A stretch of 64,000 nt of DNA, taken from positions 316,192-380,191 of the forward strand of contig NMRA01000149.1 in the NCBI GenBank assembly GCA_002633005.1, given 5' to 3'. The DNA is from Phoronis australis (Eukaryota; Animalia; Phoronida). Both the position numbers and the translations under genes were made by a program. Below the pieces are notes generated by a model. The model was not told the DNA's origin, searched no databases, and saw only the letters and a list, made by a program, of their open reading frames with translations. This document shows, piece by piece, positions 51,601 to 62,497 of the stretch (position 1 is its first letter; each line of letters opens with the position of its first letter).

Positions 51601-52668
51601 CAAGGACAGGTAGTTCTCAGAATCTTTGAGCCAATTTCAATGTCTTGATGAAATGAGCTGGCGACAGATGGAAGTGGGAACATGGGCCCAGTGCATACCT
51701 TGAATATCACGCTGTCCAAGGCGTTGTTAGTCAGATTATGCAATTTTTTAGAAAAATCAACAGGGGGGAGGGGGTTATTTTGCAATGAATGTACCTTTCT
51801 TGCACATGAAAATTTGCTTAAAAAACATGGTCACGTGATAATAAAGACACAGTAGTGAGAAGCATATTTTTAGAATCCTCGATCATTCTCCTTTCAGAAA
51901 ATGTTTACTTCTAATGGTTGACAAAGCATAATTTTTTTATATTTGACCTACGCTTGGGGTCATTTATTAGGGTCCCGGATAACCTTAACCAATTCCCTCT
52001 CGACCTTTTGTCCAGTTTTTGAGATCGTAATGAAAACCAACTTGGTGTGACAATACCCTGCTGCACTTTCCTTGTAGATTGCAATACTGAGCTGTAAAAA
52101 GAATTGCGTCTGGTAGGACATGTATAAGTGATATATAAGTTGCTGTCTGTAATATTGGTTTGAATCTCATATTCCATAGTGACTACTATAATGACTGAGA
52201 TTCATTAAATTGTGCTGTCAATTGTCAGTGTTGTTCCTTTCTCTTTAAATGTCACTTTTGCTGACAATGCAGTTATCATGTATCTGTCAAGTGGGATTGG
52301 TTACAATTCCTTCTACAACCCATCTCTGACCTTTTAACCTCTTGATGAACTCCTGATCTTTCGATGTCTGGTCTCGCAGCACTCTGACCTGAATGAGGAC
52401 CAGGATGACATGAGCAAATTCAAGAGAAAGACATCGAAACGTGACAAGAAGGAGAAGAAAAAGAAGGAAAAACAGGCCGCACGCGGCAAGGAGAATGCCC
52501 CTGACTCGCCTTCCAAGAGTGTTGCCGATGAGATTTATAATGATTTGCCAGAGACTAGCTTCACACGAACTATCTCCAACCCGGAGATTGTCATGAAAAG
52601 GCGGAGGCAGCAGAAGCTGGAGAAAAAACTGGAACAGATACGGACACAGGGCGGAGGACCTGACTCAG
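39605..52668 (+). CDS. AFDN: Afadin (AF-6/canoe), first four coding exons (39605-39709, 47624-47813, 51370-51482, 52380-52668); gene continues beyond the right edge
   Basis: MAGNRRDDERQRLIAQIQEWNANRLDLFEI..., DMEFFGVMRFFYQD...TKCVRVSSTA...LIEKFRPDMRML (RA domain 1), PLLVQLNWGQDDREGRFLL, LPETSFTRTISNPEIVMKRRRQQKLEKKL are afadin hallmark sequences. GT-AG boundaries with matching phases. Confidence 0.96.
42653..42804. repeat. Direct tandem duplication, ~76 bp x2
   Basis: GTTGGCCTTsCCATAAAAGCCAT...GTCCCTGCTTCTAACCTTTTGC occurs twice. Confidence 0.9.
49012..49437 (+). repeat. Dispersed ~420-bp repeat, copy 2
   Basis: Inverted homolog of 200-620. Confidence 0.8.
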
Positions 52669-52800
52669 GTAGGGGGCACTGCAATAGGAGTGTGTAGGAG
52701 CAGAGGGCCAGACTTGGGTAGGGGGCACTGCTGTAGGAGTGTGTGGTGACAGATGGCCTGACTCGAGTGGGGGGCACTGCAGTACGAGTTTGTAGGGGTA
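52652..52800 (+). repeat. Degenerate ~49-bp tandem repeat x3 made of the afadin exon-4 end plus splice donor
   Basis: CCTGACTCAG|GTAGGGGGCACTGCAATAGGAGTGTGT, CCAGACTTGG|GTAGGGGGCACTGCTGTAGGAGTGTGT, CCTGACTCGA|GTGGGGGCACTGCAGTACGAGTTTGT. Confidence 0.88.
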
Positions 52801-55800
52801 GAAGGCTTAGCTTATAGTTACATGACTTCTGCTCATGATGGAAGACTGAAGAAATGAGAAATATTTTGCTATGCTTGGAAAATTTGTGGAAAGTGGTAAG
52901 AACTGGTGGAAGTTCTAAGAGTCAGCTTTTGAGTTCACTAATGTCTAGGAACCAGCACAGTAGGAAAAGTAAGCATGTGTCTGATTTATTGTGGGAACAT
53001 TAAGTCCTAAGGGAAACATAAAGTCATAGTGAAGGGGTTTAGGTACACTGGAGGGTCCAACTCAGGTAGGAGTCACTGTGGACTAAGTGTTATGAGTAAA
53101 TAGTGACTTATTGGATTACTGAATGCCATATTTTGGAAAATTGAGCGTTAATGAAACTAGCAGTTGTCAAGTTAATTCATTGTTTTTTTCATAACCTACC
53201 AAAGTTTGATAAACACTATGATCAGAATCTAGCAAATTCAGTAATGAGCTCTCAAAGAAGTGTCTAGCGTCAGTAGGCCTATCCAGTGGTCAGGCGACTT
53301 ACGCGACGATTTTGCGGGGCCGCCGTACATATCCCCAGGTACCCCAGACTGAACTCATTCATTAATAGATTCCTTATACACATGTAATGTCGGCCAACTT
53401 ATCCAGAAGTCCTTAGGAATTACCCCACTTTTAGAAACATAGACTTTACTATATTGGCAGTGACAGTAAAGAACAGCAATCAATTAATTTTGCCATGAAC
53501 TCCTGACTTCAGGAATGCTTGAATGTTGCGATAGGATATTTTTTCTCAAACTTGGTATTGACTATTTTATTTGCTTAAAAGTCCAAAAATTCAAGACTTT
53601 CCATTTGAGCTCCAAAAACTTTAAAGTAAAATGTAAATATTATGTTAAGTTCAAAGGTCACTCATGATGTGAATGTCCTCAGTGTCATTTAAAACAAACA
53701 GTAGATGACACCATAGCAAAATATATATATGACATAATCACTCTCTATCTGTTTACTCTACTCAGTCAATAACAATCAGTGCAGATATTTGCATTGGAAT
53801 TCAGGCAGTCAAGTGGTAGTCATCAAGCATGGTAATCTGTTTATGAATACCCTGTTCACTCTCCTGGGGGTGTCTTAGCATGAGTCCTCACTACATGTGG
53901 TGAGTGGCATTGCTCTTTGAGGTGGAGTGGGCTTGTTGTTGCCTGAGGTCTTGAGGGCATGTTGATATTTGTTGAAGGTTTATTTCTATCTTGTTAGAAT
54001 GGTCTGGAGGGAATTTTGCTGAAATAAATCGTGATAGACTTCAATAAACTGGCTTGTGATGTGGACACCAGAAGCTTAGCTTGATCTCTTCATACCTTTC
54101 ACCCCGCAGCATTCTTAAACTAGAACAGGGTAAAAATTCTCTAAAACTTGAGACACTGACATTCAAAAAAATGAATTTTCTCACTTCTAAAGCTTGGGAC
54201 ACGGGCAGTTCATTTTATTTCTCAAATATCAGACACTGCATTTTGTATCAAAATCGTCTCTTAATAGACTTGTCAGTCCATAAAATTGTTGAAAATAGCC
54301 CATGACAATGTTTTCTTGCATCCCTTTAGTATGTAACATCATCTTTTTAGTGTGCATGTCATCCAGGTGAGTGATCATCTGTCATTGAAAGTGATTCTTG
54401 AATTTGGGACTGTCAATATTGTCTGTTTTAAAAATTTGGTACAAGCTCCGACCTTGAGTAAAATAATTAATTTTTCACTCTCCCAAACTGCAGAATGTTT
54501 ACCGTAATGTAGCTTTTTATAAACATTTAAGTAAACTAATTATAGCATAGTTGATGTTTTTTCTTTAACTGTTTTGGAGTGTTTGTTTCTCACTCAAAAG
54601 CTGTCTGTATGTTCATGCAGAAAGTTTCTTTTGCTGGACTTTTTATACTGTACCCCAGTTGTACCAGTAGTCACTATTCACATGTGCTCAGTGGGCTTAG
54701 TCATGCTGTAGCTGTTGTTTTATGTTGGCTCAGAGTTAATGCGCAACAGCTGACAATGTGTGTTGTATGGTTTTGGCACATGACCAGTGGTTGTAGACAT
54801 TGGTGAAGACTGCTTTGATTCATATCAGTGAATATTGGTAAAAGGGGTGAGGTGTTCAGCTGTGCTTTTGTGGCCAGCTTTTCCTTGGTCTGCTGTTTAG
54901 GCAAAAAAATAGCAAAATTGGTTCTTGTCTTCAGATTTTTTGAAAGTTAATGTGGTGATTCAGTATTTTTTAGTTTACCCAATTTTCACTATTTTTACTA
55001 TGTTAGCTGTGCCCATGGGCGGTGAGTTAAGTTTGTTCCATAATCCATTGCCTCTCATGGACGCTTGTTGAAGAAAGTTGGATTCAGCCTCATTAAATTG
55101 TGATCAGTGAAACAGCTTATGAGTTGGATACACTGGTCTCTCTACAGAGTGGCACTATGTATTAGATATAGTTTTCTGTTGTGTTGTCTTTGGGCCATGT
55201 CTTGTCTGCTGGTGTTTCCTCTTTAGAAAGTGTGCTCATCAGTCACCAGTAACATGATATACCATCACTTGAGGCTGAGGGTGAGGAAACACTTCATTAC
55301 CAACTGTAGTGAGTGGAGTGGTTGACACTTGGATTTCTTTTGCTGTTTAAAGATGCCTCAGATATAGCAAAGGTCCCTCTGTAATACAACTCTTTAGCAC
55401 TTTAAGATTAAAGAAATATTCTCCCTGGTTTAAGTTTGACTTTCTTCAAAGTGCAGTAGTTTAAGTGAGATAAGCAACAGTTTGTTTTCAGAGTCACATT
55501 TTGTGTTGTTGAGTAAATGTAGTCTGCGTGTGATTATTATGGTATCTTCACATTGTTTTAGAATAGAAATAAAACAAAAGAAACAAATTTGTGGTGTGTT
55601 TTAAAATAACATTATAGTTTTTTGAAAGCATGAATGTGTATAATGCAAACCAGGAAATGTTAACACACAGTTAAGACAGCAGTTGAGAACTGGAGATTGA
55701 TTTCATACTGGGATTGTTTTCCGTCATATTAAAGTGTCAGAAACATAAAAGTATGGAATCTGTCACACTTTCAGTTTTTAAGGTGTCGATTAAGGCTCCG

Positions 55801-55974
55801 ATTTCCGTTGCCATATTTTACCGGTATTTTGTGCTTTGATACTCCAAGTACTGTCTCCTTTAAGTGGTTTGTAACTTGTACCGGGAGTCTGGAAGTTGAT
55901 ATCTTATAATGGTTTACTTTTGTCCATCATTCAAGGTTAGGTTGAAGTGAATGAATTAGCATATTTATGTCTAA

Positions 55975-56235
55975 AGGCCCTTTCATACTGACCGAGCAAA
56001 ATATAGGGAACTGTTAGCGACGACATGGCACTTAAGCTGTTGATGATAACAGTGGCCCCTGGCAAGAACTTCGATGGGACCCAAGTTGACCATTCATACT
56101 GCACCGCAACGGCAGCCCTCCGCTATTAAATCCTCTACTGGTGCTGTTAACTTCGATCCAAGACCGAAGTTAACTGTTCATACTGACCGCAACTTCCCAA
56201 AGCATCCAGGTGTCCACATTAATATGAAAGAGCCT
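55975..56235. mobile_element. PIF/Harbinger-type MITE
   Basis: TIR AGGCCCTTTCATACT / AATATGAAAGAGCCT, flanked by TAA on both sides (55972-55974, 56236-56238). Internal TTCATACTG(C)ACCG subrepeats. Confidence 0.75.
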
Positions 56236-56247
56236 TAATTCAGGTTA

Positions 56248-57558
56248 GGTTTTTGATGGAATCAAGAGCCATAAAATGCATGGCTTATATAATCTAGTCC
56301 AATTGTGTAACCTGGTGGGGGAAAGCCCAGGCCTAATCCTTATAATCTTGTGTTGATAGTCAAGGAATTAGTTGAATTAAATCAGATTTAGTGATGTAGC
56401 TTGTCAAGGTGGTTTTAAGGGTTGTGGTTTGTGGTCTAGTAATGTACAGCCATTTGTTCACTCTCAGCACACTGTCAGTAGGATTGATCATATTTAAATT
56501 TGGTAAACATTCCTTACATTGAGGCAATTTCTTCATAACCTAAACTCACTTTCCTAAGGGAAACTGGGGTCTCCATGGCAACATGGCCTTTTCACTGGCT
56601 ACTACTCTTTCCTAGCAAAATCAGTTATTGCTAGTTCTCTATTCTGTACATGTGGCGACCCCTAGGGATTACTCCCATCAAACTGGATTTACCTTTGCCA
56701 TTGCAGAGGAGTTCTGAAACTCCACAGTTTAGTCTGAACACGATTTACACTTTCCCGCTGACTGAACTTGCAACATTGGTGTGAAAGTGACATGGAGCTT
56801 GTCACAAAATGTGATACTGTATTTGCCCTAATAAGTGCCCATGCCCCTATAAGCACCTCTCGCGCGTTTTCAGACTTTGTGTCCCAGTCCATGAATGCCG
56901 TGNGGTTTTTGATGGAATCAAGAGCCATAAAATGCATGGCTTATATAATCTAGTCCAATTGTGTAACCTGGTGGGGGAAAGCCCAGGCCTAATCCTTGTA
57001 ATCTTGTGTTGATAGTCAAGGAATTAGTTGAATTAAAGCAGATTTAGTGATGTAGCTTGTCAAGGTGGTTTTAAGGGTTGTGGTTTGTGGTCTAGTAATG
57101 TACAGCCATTTGTTCACTCTCAGCACACTGTCAGTAGGATTGATCATATTTAAATTTGGTAAACATTCCTTACTTTGAGGCAATTTCTTCATAACCTAAA
57201 GTCACTTTCCTAAGGGAAACTGGGGTCTCCATGGCAACATGGCCTTTTCACTGGCTACTACTCTTTCCTAGCAAAATCAGTTATTGCTTGTTCTCTATTC
57301 TGTACATGTGGCGACCCCTAGGGATTACTCCCATCAAACTGGATTTACCTTTGCCATTGCAGAGGAGTTCTGAAACTCCACAGTTTAGTCTGAACACGAT
57401 TTACACTTTCCCGCTGACTGAACTTGCAACATTGGTGTGAAAGTGACATGGAGCTTGTCACAAAATGTGATACTGTATTTGCCCTAATAAGTGCCCATGC
57501 CCCTATAAGCACCTCTCGCGCGTTTTCAGACTTTGTGTCCCAGTCCATGAATGCCGTG
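56248..57558. other. 655-bp near-identical direct duplication across a single N (probable assembly artefact)
   Basis: 56248-56902 and 56904-57558 abut N56903. The first copy ends inside a transposon end. Confidence 0.85.
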
Positions 57559-58955
57559 CACATGCGAAAAATGCCTTACCTACAGTTCTAAAATTCTACA
57601 GTAACGTCTTCAATTTCAATAAGATCCAACAGTCCTGAAAAAATCATTGTGCGTGGAATTTGTATACCACGTGCCTCGCCGCTTTGTCGGTATTTAGCCG
57701 TGACTATACACTTCAAACTTCCGCCGTGCTTCAAAAAGAACTCAAGTTTTGCTGATCTTGCGAGGGACGTGTCCTATTATGGTCTGGCCTTTCAGAACAG
57801 ACGCAGCGTACTCGTCAAAGGGATTGTATTATATCTTTCCCGTACAGATCTTCTCCTTCAACAGGAATCCAAATCTCTTTGTACACGTGAAAACCGCGAA
57901 TCAAAGACTAATAAAAACTTGACCTTTGTTCAGTTAAAAGCACGTGGCTAGGAAGTGCGCGCTACATTCAAGATCTGTCATCAAAGATTAGTCTTCGGGA
58001 ACTCTATTCATGAAACGGGTAGTATAGCATCAGCAAGAAATAAATACTGGCACTTATTTCTGAAAATTTCTAATACCATAAAAAGCGTTTGCGTTATTTA
58101 TAAGGGGGAATTATTAAGTTAGTCGTAATTGTTTTTTATTAAGTCAAAATAGCCCACTGATAGTGAACACTTCTGTACCCTTACACCCCGGAATCTCCCG
58201 AAAAATAACTGTTAGACTGTCACGCATCCAGTCACCTGGCGACTCAATGACGTCGGCTTTACCAAGACAATTCTCAAACGTTTTTAGCAAATGAGATCAA
58301 CAAGTGCTAAGTAAAACACGTTCTGCTTTACTGCTCATGTTAATTTCCTTAGTTACAATGCACACCTAGGTTGTTGCATCGCGTTAACTCTGGCAAATGA
58401 AATCTGATGACACGCTCGCGCTCGCTCTCTTACACAAAACGCAGATGAACTTCAAAACAAACGTCACGTGACAACAACATATGTGTTCGTCCAGAGATTT
58501 TTCTTGTGTAGCGGAGTACGATCTAGCGCAGATTTGAACTTAATGTGCAGTTAATCCCAACTCCACAGGAACTTAAAAATCTGAGGGACGCTATTTTGAA
58601 AACTTAAGGTGGACTTCAGGTAATTTGTTTAGTCGAAACTATATTTTTACTCAAGAATTCAAGTTGACCTATCGGTGATCACGAGACAGCGATGCATCAG
58701 TCAGCGAGTTTTCGCACTGGGATTTTCTGAAAAATGCTGGTAGTTTAATTACAAAGTTTGATAGCAATGGACTTAAATTTTGTAGAAACTCTGTCATGGG
58801 TTACTGATGCGTCAGCGTAAATTTGATGAATTCTAGCATACGATTTCACCTTGTTTCGGAGACCGGGTTTCAACCACTTTTGGGCTATAATAAGTGCCCC
58901 CCTTCCTGAAGCGAATTTTTCTAATCGCCCTGGGCGCTTGTTAGGACGAATACGG
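57473..58955. mobile_element. Non-autonomous Tc1/mariner (pogo-like) DNA transposon, ~1.48 kb
   Basis: TA|CTGTATTTGCCCTAATAAGTGCCCA ... TGGGCGCTTGTTAGGACGAATACGG|TA: ~25-bp imperfect TIRs with a TA target duplication and subterminal ATAAGTGCCC repeats. No transposase ORF. Confidence 0.8.
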
Positions 58956-60519
58956 TATTTACACTATCATATCAATTTATGTTTCGAGAGAAAGAAGGTT
59001 GTCTTGGTGACTTCACGTAATGTTAAAAGGTGTCATAGAATTGGTACATTATGAACTTATGGTGAAAGGTGTCCAAGTATTTGCATTTCCCTCCATGTAT
59101 GTATAATCCAGCTGACACAGGAAACCTGATGCTAACTATCAGTCTGGACTGTGGGCTTATTTTTGCTACCTTCATTCAGCATACCAGATCGGCAATAAAT
59201 CACAACGTATCATGCTGGGCAGGGTAGACTGTGCTAGTTTTACATGGATTTCAGTGTACACAGGTTGAGGTTTGCAGCCTGTGAATTTATTGGAATCTAT
59301 GGAATGTTGAGGACTCATTCATCTTCTGTTGTTGAATCCTGGACCTGCATTTTTCCAATGTACCCCTAATCCTACATATAGCTTTGCTTTGGACAGTTTA
59401 TTAGTGCGCATACACTTTGCTGACCGGAATGTGCACGGGTATATTCAGACTAGTCACTGGTAACTAGATTTGTGTTGGTATGAGGGCACCTAGAGTGGAA
59501 TAGCATGACTTCTGAGTGCTTACCTTGACGCCAAGTCGCCAAATACGACCTTGTGAAAATCCCAGGTCACCAAAGGAAACCTGTGGTCGCCAAAACTGAC
59601 ATTGGAATCGACGCCGAAAAAAACTGTCATGCCGTAGTCTGTTCACAAAAACTAACTTAATTCCTCTTGCAAACAAGGAATGCAGACAATGGAGCCTTGG
59701 GTGCGTGTTTCATGGCCTGATCTAGTGTGATTTTTGCTTTCTTTTAACTTTTTGTTGTAATTTTATTGCGTGTTTGATGTGTGCTGACTGCTGAGGGTGA
59801 CAAATGCTCTGATTTCATGAAATAAACGTCACAATTGTGAATCAATGGCATTGAATCGTAAGTGATTTCATATTTAGAAGTCACCAAAAATTTCGAAACG
59901 AATTTTAGGGAAATTATTGTCTGACTTCGATACTATCTGTGGCGACTTCATGACGACTTAAGGATTTTTACCAGGTTGCCCAACAATCAAGCTTGTGATC
60001 ACGAATGAACTGATGGTCTAACTCTAAGGTGGTTTCTTACATCACATGGCTGGTGTGGCCAGGTTCAGTGCTGGGTGTTCACAGACACATGTCTCTTTTA
60101 TTAATGGGCTATGCAATTGGGAAAAATTGTGCAGATCTCAATTATCATTTGTAGAGTGGCCAGCATCCCTCATCTGCCAGACAGTTGATCAATTGATCAA
60201 CTTATCTCTGTCCTACTGTCTGTTTATAATCGCTTCCTGAACTTGTGTTGTTAGTGCTGGGCTACTTCTAACGGAAATAGAAAGTTTTCCATTGAGAGTT
60301 GTTAGCAGCAAATACTAAGAACCTGTCCCATGATTTTTAGCAGTTCAGAATGAAGGTCATGATCATGTTTTTAAACTTAACAAGCAAGATATGCTGTGAT
60401 GAAATGCCATGTGTTGCAACATGAGATAATAGTTAAATGTCAAGTTCTTCTTTCCTTGAGCATTATATTTCATAAAGCTTAATTTAGCCTGATGAGAGTG
60501 AACTTGAATCCCTACTCTG

Positions 60520-60670
60520 GCGTGCGTTCAGTAGACGCTAGGACCTACGCTAGGACCTAACTAAAAGCTAGTCAAAGTCACGTGTTCTCATTTAAAATGC
60601 ACAGCAATATCTCATGTAGTCTCGCGAAGTCTTGCTTTTTAGCAAGGTCCTAGCGTTACTGAACGGGAGG
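60520..60670 (+). mobile_element. MITE family A, most intact copy
   Basis: TIR CGTTCAGTAGACGCTAGGACCT / AGGTCCTAGCGT-TACTGAACG. Confidence 0.8.
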
Positions 60671-61073
60671 CTGGTTTCTCTCATGATTTGCATCACTACT
60701 CCGGTTTCTCTCACAACTTGCATCACTACTCTGGTTTCTTTCATAACTTGCATCGCTACTCTGGTTTCTCTCATAACTTGAATCGCTGCTCTGGTTTCTC
60801 TCACAACTTGCATCACTACTCTGGTTTCTCTCTCAACTTGCATCACTACTCTGGTTTCTCTCACAACGTGCATCACTACTCTGGTTTCTCTCATAAGTTG
60901 CATTGCTACTCTGGTTTCTCTCGCAACTTGCATTACTACTCTGGTTTCTCTCATACGTTGCATCGCTACTCTGGTTTCTCTCATAACTTGCATTGCTACT
61001 CTGGTTTCTCTCATAAGTTGCACCACTGCTCTGGTTTCTCATAACTTGCATCACTACTCTGGTTTCTCTCATA
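60671..61073. repeat. 30-bp minisatellite x~13
   Basis: CTGGTTTCTCTCATAACTTGCATCACTACT with variants. Confidence 0.97.
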
Positions 61074-61181
61074 AATTCTTTTTGCAGTTACCAAAATGAC
61101 AAGTACATGTCTATTTCCAAATTTTAAAATAAAATTTTGAAATATGTAGTTTTGGATCTTTATATGGAAGTAACTATACAC

Positions 61182-62497
61182 TTTTTATGCGCCCACATAT
61201 TTATATGTGGTCGCATATTGCCGTCATCTCTGTCTGGGCATCCCGGCTGTATCTCCTAAATCCTTTAAAGGATCTTATTGAAATGTGGCAAGTGTGTTCC
61301 TATGGGGTTGACGACAGAGGGCGACGAGTTTCGGACCGACCCGAATACCTCTGTGCCCCCTAGTGGCAATTTTAGTTTTTTACGTTTGCCTCTGTATCTT
61401 CAAAGGTCCTCAACCGATTTTTGTGAAATTTTGCACATAGGAATCTTTTAATGAGTTGACGCTACCCTCTCGTTTTCGGATGGATTCGAGGCATTTTGCG
61501 CCATCTAGTGTCCGTTTTTACTGTTTTCGGGTTGTTTTTTGGCGTCCGCCCCTCTAACAACCAAACCACTTTAAGGATGATTGTGAAAATTTGGCATGTA
61601 TGTTCTTACTGTGAGGAAGACAGTTGACGATGATTTTCCGACGACTTCAACTATAGTGGCGCCTCCTAGTGGCAGTTTTGTTTGTTTTTACGCCCATGGC
61701 TGTATCTCCTAAACGTTCTACAGGATCTTTATTAAATTTAGCAAATGCATTTATGTGAAGTTGACAACGGACGAGGACGACGACTTTCGAACAGATCGGT
61801 GTACCGGTGTGCCCCCTAGTGGCAGTTATAGTTTTTTACGTTTACCTCTGTATCTTCAAAGGTCCTCAACGGTTTTCCATAAAATTTGGCACATAGACAT
61901 CTATTAAGAGAGATGATGCTATCCTCTCGTTTTCAGATGGATTTGTAGTTTGCGCCACCTAGTGGCCATTTTTGTTGTTTTCGAGTCTGTTTTTTTGGCG
62001 TCCGTCCCTCTGCCAACCAAACCATTCTAAGGATGATTGTGAAAGTTGGCATGTATGTTCTTTCTATGAAGGGGACAGTTGATGATGATTTTCCGATGAC
62101 TTTGAGTATTGTGGCACCTCCTAGTGGCGGTTTTGTTTTTATCCACACCTGTATCTCCCAAGTCCTCTGCAGGATCTTTATTAAATTTAGCACATGAATT
62201 TATATGAAGCTAACAAGAGAAGACGACGACTTTTAGACGGATCCGACGAACACTGTGCCTGCCTCTTGGCAGTTTTTTTGTTTTCCTCTGTTTCTTGAAG
62301 TTCCTCAACGAATTTTAATGAAATTTGGTAAATGACTTTCTTTTGAAGAAACAATGACATTTTTTGGTTTTCAGACGGTTTCGACGTATCTTGTGCCATC
62401 TAGTGGCCATTTCGATGATACAAACAAAACCCCCTAAAAGCACACCATTTGCGATGCATTCGTGGGCGCATTTCAATGCTCCGCGTTGCTCTTGTTT
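61182..62497 (+). mobile_element. Helentron-associated non-autonomous element (HINE/DINE-1-like) with central ~150-bp tandem repeats
   Basis: 5' TTTTT + subTIR ATGCGCCCAC with a nearby inverted copy (GTGGTCGCAT); eight ~150-bp subunits arranged as a ~455-bp trimer; 3' subTIR GTGGGCGCAT (62462-62471), short hairpin CAATGC-TCC-GCGTTG and a T-rich end. Confidence 0.75.

Noticed and set aside
56248-57558. Apparent 655-bp tandem duplication giving two left transposon ends
   Set aside because: Same single-N junction signature; treated as an assembly artefact.
60592-61072. Repetitive ORFs (MQVxRETRVx / HHYSGFSHNL)
   Set aside because: By-products of a stop-free 30-bp minisatellite inside an afadin intron; no splice or promoter support.
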